From the NCBI GenBank assembly GCA_017694785.1, contig JADIMK010000040.1:8689-72688 (forward strand): a DNA stretch of 64,000 nt, read 5' to 3'. The position numbers were made by a program, and so were the translations under genes. Under the pieces are notes generated by a model. The model made no database searches. It saw nothing but the letters and a program-made list of their open reading frames with translations, and had not been told where the DNA came from. Below, one piece after another: positions 1 to 7,670 of the stretch. Position 1 is the first letter of the stretch. Every line of letters starts with the position of its first letter. This DNA is from Candidatus Cryptobacteroides intestinigallinarum. Its GTDB lineage: Bacteria > Bacteroidota > Bacteroidia > Bacteroidales > UBA932.

Positions 1-174
1 GGATACTTCATCGCAGACAATGCAAGGGAGATAGTCCTCCAGCAGCAGAGAGAAGAATTCATCCGCAATGAGGTACCGTCCATAATGAAAAGGCTGAGGC
101 TCCTTGGGCTGAAGCCATCGGAAATATTCAAGGACACTCCGGAAGGGACCTTTCCGGAAGCAAATAAGAATTAG
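1..174 (+). CDS. GntR (YtrA-like) transcriptional regulator, C-terminal part; 5' end outside window
   Basis: Not in ORF track. Frame 1 reads GYFIADNAREIVLQQQREEFIRNEVPSIMKRLRLLGLKPSEIFKD...TAG(172-174), resembling the G-x-F-V end of the wHTH plus the helical tail of YtrA-type GntR proteins. Confidence 0.65.
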   Translation, partial: GYFIADNAREIVLQQQREEFIRNEVPSIMKRLRLLGLKPSEIFKDTPEGTFPEANKN

Positions 175-191
175 ACATAAATATTGAAAAA

Positions 192-224
192 ATGTCCCGG
201 CCGCAGTGATGCGTTCCGGGACAT
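192..224. terminator. Hairpin between convergent GntR gene and ffh
   Basis: ATGTCCCGG...CCGGGACAT inverted repeat with A-run before and T-rich sequence after. Confidence 0.6.
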
Positions 225-250
225 ATCTTTAGGGAATCCTGTATATGGAC

Positions 251-1582
251 TTATCTGCGTGGACGGCGCATGTTGCGCATTGCATTGGCCATTCCTCCGC
301 CCATTACGGTCTTCATCATCCTGCGGGTATCCTCAAACTGCTTAAGGAGACGGTTGACCTCCTGGATTGATGTGCCGCTTCCGTCTGCGATACGCTTGCG
401 GCGGCTGCCGTTGATGATCTCAGGCTTTTCCCTCTCGGCAGGAGTCATTGAAAGTATGATAGCTTCTATGCTCTTGAAGGAATCATTGTTGATGTCCACA
501 TCCTTGAGGGCCTTGCCCATGCCAGGGATCATCGATGCCAGGTCCTTGATGTTACCCATCTTCTTCACCTGCTGTATCTGGTCGTAGAAGTCCATGAGAG
601 TAAACTGGTTCTTGGCGAGCTTCTTCTTGAGCTTGCGTGCCTGCTCCTCGTCAAACTGCTCCTGGGCCTTCTCGACGAGGGTCACGACGTCACCCATGCC
701 GAGGATACGGTCTGCGATTCTCTTAGGATGGAAAACATCGAGTGCTTCCATCTTTTCTCCGGAGCTTACGAACTTGATCGGCTTTCCGACCACAGCCTTG
801 ATTGAAAGTGCCGCACCGCCTCTGGTGTCACCGTCCATCTTGGTGAGTACGACTCCGTCGAAATCGAGCCTGTCGTTGAATGCCTTGGCAGTCTCGACTG
901 CATCCTGACCTGTCATCGCATCCACAACGAAGAGTGTCTCGGTAGGGTTGACTGCCTTCTTGATCGCTGCAATCTCATCCATCATCTCCTCGTCCACTGC
1001 AAGACGTCCGGCGGTATCTATGATCACTACCGATATACCTTCCTGCTTTGCCTTGGCGATGGCATTCCTGGCTATCGATACTGGATCCTTGACCCCGTCT
1101 TCAGAATAGACAGGCACACCTATCTGCTCACCGAGGACCTTAAGCTGGTTGATGGCGGCCGGACGATAGACGTCGCAGGCAGCGAGAAGGACCTTCATTC
1201 CCCTCTTGCTCTTGCAGTTGAGTGCAAGCTTTCCTGAGAAAGTAGTCTTACCTGAACCCTGGAGACCTGCCACCAGGACAATCCCAGGATGGCCTTTGAC
1301 ATTGATGTCCGTTGACTCGCTTCCCATGAGGGCAGCAAGTTCGTCATGGACGATCTTCACCATCATCTGCTCCGGCTTGACGGCCGTGAGCACATTCATA
1401 CCCAGGGCCTTCTGCTTCACGTCATCGCAGAACTGCTTGGCTATCTTGTAGCTGACATCGGCATCGAGGAGAGCACGTCTTATATCCTTAAGGGTCTCGG
1501 CGACATTGAGTTCGGTTATCTTGCCTTCGCCCTTCAGGATCTTGAAGGAGCGTTCCAGCCTTTCAACGAGATTTTCAAACAT
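251..1582 (-). CDS. ffh: Signal recognition particle protein Ffh
   Basis: GLQGSGKTT P-loop, DVYRPAA, DTAGR, TKMDGDTRGGAALS and Met-rich M domain. TAAATTTG promoter box at 1622-1629 (minus). Confidence 0.98.
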   Translation of the reverse strand: MFENLVERLERSFKILKGEGKITELNVAETLKDIRRALLDADVSYKIAKQFCDDVKQKALGMNVLTAVKPEQMMVKIVHDELAALMGSESTDINVKGHPGIVLVAGLQGSGKTTFSGKLALNCKSKRGMKVLLAACDVYRPAAINQLKVLGEQIGVPVYSEDGVKDPVSIARNAIAKAKQEGISVVIIDTAGRLAVDEEMMDEIAAIKKAVNPTETLFVVDAMTGQDAVETAKAFNDRLDFDGVVLTKMDGDTRGGAALSIKAVVGKPIKFVSSGEKMEALDVFHPKRIADRILGMGDVVTLVEKAQEQFDEEQARKLKKKLAKNQFTLMDFYDQIQQVKKMGNIKDLASMIPGMGKALKDVDINNDSFKSIEAIILSMTPAEREKPEIINGSRRKRIADGSGTSIQEVNRLLKQFEDTRRMMKTVMGGGMANAMRNMRRPRR

Positions 1583-1684
1583 ATCTGATATCTATTCTAT
1601 TTCCAATATAATTATATCCTGCAAATTTAATGATTTTCCACAATCATACAATGTAGGGGTTTCAAACCATACGTTGTGGAGTCC

Positions 1685-2956
1685 TCAGACGGTCGGCTGC
1701 AGAATGTCATCAGAATATACGGCAGGCGCGAGGTCACGGAGATTGTACCTGCTCGCCATAACCTGACCGTAGGCTCCGGCACTGCGGATAGCCATGATGT
1801 CCCCTCTTGTGCTCAGAGGAAGCAGACGGCCTGCGCCCCAGACATCACTTGATTCACACACAGGTCCGACTACATCATACACCTGGCCTTCATGCTCAGG
1901 CGTCCTGGTCATGGCCGAAAGGTTCTCGATCTTATGGTAAGCTCCATACAGAGCCGGACGGATGAGGTCATTCATGCCGGCATCCAGTATAAGGAATGTC
2001 TTTGTCTCCCCGTTCTTGACGAAAAGCACACGGCTTATAAGCGTCCCGCACTGGGCGACCACCGAACGGCCCGGCTCCACATGGACAGTCTGGCCCGGCC
2101 GCAACGGAAGATTGTCATGGATAGTCCTGAGCCAGGTACTGAAATCCGCGACCGGACTGGCATCAGGGTCCTCATAATCGACTCCGAGTCCGCCGCCTAA
2201 GTCGATGTTGGCTATTTCCAGCCCCTTGTCCTCGAACCAGCGAACGATTTCAGAAGCTCTCCTGCATTCAAGAGAATAGACTTCAGCGACATCCGTTATC
2301 TGCGAACCGATATGGAAATGAAGTCCCTGGAGATCTACTGAACTGCACCTGCCCAGAAGTGTCACAAGAGGCTCGAATTCATGTCTAGAGATCCCGAACT
2401 TGTTCTCATACAGTCCGGTAGTGACATATTTATGTGTATGGGCGTCAATATCGGGATTGATCCTGACCGATACCCTTGCCCTCAGTCCGAGCGAAGACGC
2501 AAGGGCATCCACGACCTGTATCTCCTGCAGGGATTCACAGTTGAAGGTCCCGATCCCGAGCCTGAGGGAGGAAAGTATCTCTCTGTCACTCTTCCCCACT
2601 CCGGCGAACACTATGTTTTCAGGGCTGAATCCGCAGGCTGCAGCGTGCATGACTTCGTTGCCGCTCACGCAGTCTGCTCCGAAACCGAACGAACTTATGT
2701 ATCTCAGTAGCCTTTCCTCCGTATTTGCCTTTATGGCATAGTGGACTCTGATTCCATAGCTGGAAGACTCCGATGCCAGGGCTGCAACAGTCCTGCGGAA
2801 AAGCGGCATATCATAGAAATAGAACGGTGTCTCTATCCGGTCCAATGCTTCGAGAAGATCCTTTCCTGAAGGCAGCTGGAGACGCTCCTTTGACAGAAGA
2901 GGAGCCCCTGCGGCCAAGGATGACCCTTTGTTTATGGAAGTATCTGGTCTTGTCAT
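1685..2956 (-). CDS. lysA: Diaminopimelate decarboxylase
   Basis: YAIKAN (PLP Lys), HIGSQI, EPGR, GPVCESSD, GAYG motifs. Start moved to 2956 because a TATTTTTG promoter box at 2981-2988 overlaps the ORF-track start. Confidence 0.93.
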   Translation of the reverse strand: MTRPDTSINKGSSLAAGAPLLSKERLQLPSGKDLLEALDRIETPFYFYDMPLFRRTVAALASESSSYGIRVHYAIKANTEERLLRYISSFGFGADCVSGNEVMHAAACGFSPENIVFAGVGKSDREILSSLRLGIGTFNCESLQEIQVVDALASSLGLRARVSVRINPDIDAHTHKYVTTGLYENKFGISRHEFEPLVTLLGRCSSVDLQGLHFHIGSQITDVAEVYSLECRRASEIVRWFEDKGLEIANIDLGGGLGVDYEDPDASPVADFSTWLRTIHDNLPLRPGQTVHVEPGRSVVAQCGTLISRVLFVKNGETKTFLILDAGMNDLIRPALYGAYHKIENLSAMTRTPEHEGQVYDVVGPVCESSDVWGAGRLLPLSTRGDIMAIRSAGAYGQVMASRYNLRDLAPAVYSDDILQPTV

Positions 2957-3080
2957 AATTATTTTAAGCGAAAACGGTTGCAAAAATAGGGAAAAAATCG
3001 CTAATTTCGCAGCCTGGATTCAACTAACGCCCTCCCCGGTCCGAAAGCCGTGGAGACAAGCTAAAAAATTTAATAAAAAA

Positions 3081-4055
3081 ATGGAAAAAGGACCTATTTC
3101 ACAGTTCATTACGCACCATTTCCGTCATTTCAACTCTGCAGCTCTCGTAGATGCTGCAAAGGCCTATGACGAGCACATGAAGAAGGGTGGAAAAATGATG
3201 TTGGCAATGGCCGGCGCCATGAGTACGGCCGAATTGGGAATCTCCCTCGCCGAGATGATCCGTCAGGACAAGTTCCAGATCGTTTCATGCTCAGCCAACA
3301 ACCTTGAGGAAGACATCATGAATCTGGTGGCGCACTCACACTACTACAGAGTGCCTGGCTACAGGGACCTTACTCCTGCTCAGGAGAAAGAGCTCCTCGA
3401 CAACCACATGAACCGTGTCACCGATACCTGCATACCTGAGGAAGAGGCATTCCGCCGTCTTGAGCACCATCTCGTCGAGATCTGGAGAGACATGAAGGCA
3501 AAAGGTGAAAGACTCCTTCCTTACGAAGTGATCTACAGACTCCTCCGCAGCGGTGTCCTCGAGCAGTATTATGAGATCGACCCTAAGGACAGCTGGGTTC
3601 TCGCCGCATGCGAAAAGAATATTCCTATCGTTGTCCCTGCATGGGAGGATTGCACGACCAGCAACATCTATGCTGCACACTGCATAAAAGGTGAGTTCGA
3701 TCCTCTCATGATAAAGAGCGGCATCGAGACAATGATGTTCCTCACCGACTGGTACAAGAACAATTCAGACGGCGAAGGCGTAGGCTTCTTCCAGATCGGA
3801 GGAGGTACTGCAGGTGACTTCCCTATCTGCGTTGTCCCTATGATGGAACAGGACCTCGGATGGACAGGTACTCCGCTCTGGAAATATTTCTGCCAGATCT
3901 CGGACAGCACCACATCATACGGTTCTTATTCAGGCGCAGTTCCTAACGAGAAGATCACATGGGGCAAGCTTGACGTCGACACTCCACGCTTCATCGTAGA
4001 ATCAGATGCAACAATTGTCGCTCCTCTGATGTTCGCATACATCCTCGGATGGTAA
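3081..4055 (+). CDS. Deoxyhypusine synthase-like protein (bacterial DHS family, possible homospermidine synthase)
   Basis: HFNxAALVDAAK, AGAMSTAELG, N-x-L-EED, IGGG, YSGAVPNEKITWGK motifs. Start at ATG 3081 after an A-rich spacer; promoter-like TAATTTCG at 3002-3009. Confidence 0.88.
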   Translation: MEKGPISQFITHHFRHFNSAALVDAAKAYDEHMKKGGKMMLAMAGAMSTAELGISLAEMIRQDKFQIVSCSANNLEEDIMNLVAHSHYYRVPGYRDLTPAQEKELLDNHMNRVTDTCIPEEEAFRRLEHHLVEIWRDMKAKGERLLPYEVIYRLLRSGVLEQYYEIDPKDSWVLAACEKNIPIVVPAWEDCTTSNIYAAHCIKGEFDPLMIKSGIETMMFLTDWYKNNSDGEGVGFFQIGGGTAGDFPICVVPMMEQDLGWTGTPLWKYFCQISDSTTSYGSYSGAVPNEKITWGKLDVDTPRFIVESDATIVAPLMFAYILGW

Positions 4056-4070
4056 CGACCCTAATGATAC

Positions 4071-4119
4071 CGGTTCCGGAAATGAAGTAATGAAGATTTC
4101 CGGAACCGTTTCTTTTTTT
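4071..4119 (+). terminator. Intrinsic terminator after DHS-like gene
   Basis: CGGTTCCGGAAAT...ATTTCCGGAACCG stem followed by T-run. Confidence 0.8.
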
Positions 4120-4154
4120 GACTTTCGAGACATCTCTTAACCGCACACAAAATA

Positions 4155-5336
4155 ATGTTGTCCATAATACCGGACATTCAGTTCTTCCAGTGGATAGCTC
4201 TGACTGTATCGCTGACACTTGCAGTTCTTCTCATGCTCATCAATGTCCCGAAGACAGAGTATGCGAAGAAACTGACCAGGTCGAAGACCACAATCGCAAC
4301 GAACTTCCTTGTAGGGGCATTTATCTTCGGATATACGCTCTACCACTCGTACATACCTGAATATGAGGCTTTTTCATCGCTGACAATGCTCATCATAACA
4401 GCATTCTCATCAATATTGATGACCTTCTCGCTGATAAACCTCATGCAGCCGAGGTACATAGATTCCAGCAAGTTCATGATCAGTGTCTTCATCCTCTTCT
4501 GTATAAGTGCGATGCTTACAGAGACGTTCTTCTCAGAAAGCAAAAGACTTCATGAAGCACTGCTGATAACAGCCATAGTACTGTTCATATTGCAGAATTC
4601 CTACCTTATAATGATATTCAACAAGGCCTACAGGAAATCTCTCGAACTTCTTGAAAAATATTATGATGAAGATGAAGAGCACAAGGTGAAATGGATCAGG
4701 TTCTGCTATGGCCTGACAATGCTCACGACCACATTAATAATCGTTTACCTTCTGCTGCCGGAAAAACTTATCAAGATATACATATTCTTCTACATGCTGT
4801 ATCTGATATATTTCGCCAGCAATTTCATATCATTCATCGGAAGCCACAAGCTGCTGCTGGATGCATTCGGGCACAGTGCATTTACAGAGCAGAAGTCTGT
4901 GAAAAGACGCAGACGGAAGACAAGGCAGAACGGGAACGGGGACAATACATCAGACGGAGATGACAATCCTGACGATCTCAAAACTGAATTCGCGTCTATA
5001 GAAAAAGCCCTGAAGAAATGGGTCGCTGAGAAAAAATACAGGGAATATGACAAGAGCCGTGAGGAAATGGCCCACGAGCTAGGCACGACACGCGAAATGC
5101 TTCAGCTCTACTTCACCGAAAAAGTCGGGGAAGACTTCAGGAGCTGGAGGACAAGCCTGCGCATAAATGAAGCCAAGCAGATGCTGCTGGAGAAGAAAGA
5201 TACTTCCATAAACCTCATTGGCGAGATGGCCGGCTTCAGCGACCGCTCCAATTTCCACCGCCAGTTCACTAAACTCGTAGGATGCACACCGAAGAGATGG
5301 CGCGACACATCAGGAAATCCTGAGTCAGCTATCTGA
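4155..5336 (+). CDS. Membrane-anchored AraC-family transcriptional regulator
   Basis: About 6-7 hydrophobic segments, a basic/acidic linker, then an AraC HTH (RINEAKQML...IGEMAGFSDRSNFHRQFTKLVGCTPKRWR). Confidence 0.88.
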   Translation: MLSIIPDIQFFQWIALTVSLTLAVLLMLINVPKTEYAKKLTRSKTTIATNFLVGAFIFGYTLYHSYIPEYEAFSSLTMLIITAFSSILMTFSLINLMQPRYIDSSKFMISVFILFCISAMLTETFFSESKRLHEALLITAIVLFILQNSYLIMIFNKAYRKSLELLEKYYDEDEEHKVKWIRFCYGLTMLTTTLIIVYLLLPEKLIKIYIFFYMLYLIYFASNFISFIGSHKLLLDAFGHSAFTEQKSVKRRRRKTRQNGNGDNTSDGDDNPDDLKTEFASIEKALKKWVAEKKYREYDKSREEMAHELGTTREMLQLYFTEKVGEDFRSWRTSLRINEAKQMLLEKKDTSINLIGEMAGFSDRSNFHRQFTKLVGCTPKRWRDTSGNPESAI

Positions 5337-5361
5337 CAGACGCTATCCTGCGGACAGAAGG

Positions 5362-5829
5362 CTACTCAAGGTATAGAGGCGGCATATTTGCCACATATAC
5401 GCCTGACTCATCATCATAAAGACTGCCGGACCAGGAATAGAAGCCACTCACAAATTCTGATGCAGTATCTGCGGAAGCATCAGCCGGAGATACTCTGATG
5501 ATGATATCATCAGACGAAGCGAAGACAAGATCTATCTCGTAATACCCTGTCATGGAAGTAACTCCGAACGACGATGCCAGAGGATCAGAAAAAGAGATAT
5601 CATCCCTGTCATATACACACACTTCCATCGATTGTGCAGCAGCCGGGACAGATGCTTCTGTATCATCCCATGACTGGTTGTCTCCGACACCTGAATATAC
5701 ATATCCCCTTACAGAAAGGCTGACGCGGCCTTCTTCATCAAGAATCATATCATGATCCATCATCATGCATGAGGACAGCAACAGCATTGATGCTGCCAAC
5801 ACTGATATTATTCCAAAAACAGATTTCAT
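5362..5829 (-). CDS. Hypothetical acidic lipoprotein
   Basis: Signal peptide with lipobox LLLSSC; beta-rich, possibly transthyretin-like pattern (VRGYVY...GYYEI). No family recognised. Confidence 0.65.
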   Translation of the reverse strand: MKSVFGIISVLAASMLLLSSCMMMDHDMILDEEGRVSLSVRGYVYSGVGDNQSWDDTEASVPAAAQSMEVCVYDRDDISFSDPLASSFGVTSMTGYYEIDLVFASSDDIIIRVSPADASADTASEFVSGFYSWSGSLYDDESGVYVANMPPLYLE

Positions 5830-5950
5830 CCGGCATAGATTTATACCGGTTCAGGTCAAATACACGCTGCAAATATATGCAAAAAGCGGATGCAGGCAAA
5901 ATTTTCCTGCATCCGGCATTCTTAAGCCTTATATGTAAGGATATATGACG

Positions 5951-7462
5951 TCAGCACTGGTGTGCCGGACGGAGAAGATCAAGGACGACTTTCACAGGAT
6001 TGAAGGTATCGAGAGGTACCTCTACGAACATTGTGTTCCAGTCGCTCATCGATCCGTTCCAGAGTCCAGGCAGCTCAAGAGCCTTGAGTTCCCTGCCCTG
6101 ATAACTCTTTGAACTGATGAATCCGGCATCATGGTCTACATGCTCCAGAAGATTGAATGACTGGCCCTTGTAGTCATGCAGGCAGCATACGATGTCGACA
6201 GGGTTGAAATGTGTCGCTGCAGAAAGTGCAGCCTTTGCATGCTCATCTGTCATGTTGATCTGCACGCTTTCAAGGATCTGGAGAGACGTCGACCCGTCCT
6301 TCTCGGCGATGATGAAAGGACCGCCGCCAGGCTCTCCCTGGTTCTTTACCATACCGCACACACGTATCGGCCGGTTGAGCTTGCGTCTGAGCATCGCTAC
6401 CCTTTCACTGCAATCAGATGCTGAAGGAAGAGCTATGCAAAGCTCATCAGCGAGGAAGGCTTCGATCTCTCCGCAGAGGTCGCGGCACTCCCTGGAGCAT
6501 GTATCGCCGCAGGCATCAAGTCTCCTGAGATAGCCGAAGATCTTGTCCCTGAGTTCAAGACATTTGCCCAGAAGGACTTTCTTATATCTCGATGTCACAG
6601 GAAGGAGACGTTCGTTGGAGACATTGTCTATATTCTTTATAGATACGACTTCCTCCTTCAGATTGTTGAGATTGTATATGAGTGCGCCATGGCCTGCAGG
6701 ACGGAACAGGAGAGAATCAGTTTCCGTACGGAACGGACGGTTCTCCACATCCACGGCTATTGTGTCAGTGGCCTTGTCCTGGAAGGTGAAGGTTATATTG
6801 TACTTCACGCCATAACGTTTCTCATATGTGGCTTTTACGTCCGCCAGAGCCTCTTCAAACAGATGCCTGTGTTCAGGTGAGATAGTGACAACTATGTTCG
6901 CGGTCCCGTCTGAATTGCGCATATATTCCTGAGCCTCGACAAGATGCTCCGCAAAAGCCGTACGGATCTCACCGTCAGTGTACCTGTGGAACTTGATTAC
7001 GCCCTTCGGCTTTGCTCCGTAGTTAAGACCTTCATCTGTAAGGGTCTTTGAAAGGACGGATTTCCTGTATTCAGGAGTATCTTCCGGTTCTCCGAAGAGG
7101 GCTCCGTCATAGAAAGCGAATTCCTTGATGTGGGCAGCGAATCTTGCCGCAGGAGAGTCCGGCTTGACATCTTCCCCGGAGCGGAGGATATCCAGTCCGC
7201 TGAACAGATCCTTGAACATCCTTGATGCAGCACCAGAGGCAGGGACAAACTTGCATTTGCCGTTAACCTCCGCACCTTCATAATACTTCACTGCGGCATC
7301 CTCACCGGCAGCATCAAGCACCTTGATCCCTTTTGCAGGGGTAGCCGGAGCGACAATCTTCATCCAAGGGAATCCTTTTCTGAAACGCTCCACCTGTTCT
7401 TCAACAGTCTTGACAGATGAGCCTCTTTCCTCTATCTGTCTGATGTCTTTTTCTTCAAACAT
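5951..7462 (-). CDS. DUF4301-family protein (nucleotidyltransferase-like)
   Basis: KFVPASGAASRMFK, QxxxTDTIAVD, RPAGHGAL, IKNIDNV, GEPGGGPF, THFNPVD, LELPGLWNGSM motifs typical of this family. Confidence 0.85.
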   Translation of the reverse strand: MFEEKDIRQIEERGSSVKTVEEQVERFRKGFPWMKIVAPATPAKGIKVLDAAGEDAAVKYYEGAEVNGKCKFVPASGAASRMFKDLFSGLDILRSGEDVKPDSPAARFAAHIKEFAFYDGALFGEPEDTPEYRKSVLSKTLTDEGLNYGAKPKGVIKFHRYTDGEIRTAFAEHLVEAQEYMRNSDGTANIVVTISPEHRHLFEEALADVKATYEKRYGVKYNITFTFQDKATDTIAVDVENRPFRTETDSLLFRPAGHGALIYNLNNLKEEVVSIKNIDNVSNERLLPVTSRYKKVLLGKCLELRDKIFGYLRRLDACGDTCSRECRDLCGEIEAFLADELCIALPSASDCSERVAMLRRKLNRPIRVCGMVKNQGEPGGGPFIIAEKDGSTSLQILESVQINMTDEHAKAALSAATHFNPVDIVCCLHDYKGQSFNLLEHVDHDAGFISSKSYQGRELKALELPGLWNGSMSDWNTMFVEVPLDTFNPVKVVLDLLRPAHQC

Positions 7463-7670
7463 ACTTCTGGTCGAGTTTTATCGTTAAGTCAAATCATGTA
7501 GTCTACTGTCATAAGGATGATCCGTAACTCAGATTGCGAATCATATTTCCTGATATATCCTACAAAATTATAAATTATTTTGCTCATTTCATTTCAATCA
7601 GACCGGAATTTCAAGTAAAATGTTATCTTTGCAAACAAAACATACAATCCATCATTTAAAACCCACAATA

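Noticed and set aside
1685-2956. Decarboxylase divergent from the DHS-like gene as an ornithine/lysine decarboxylase feeding polyamine synthesis
   Set aside because: HIGSQI, THKYVTTG..NKFG and CESSD motifs are those of diaminopimelate decarboxylase.
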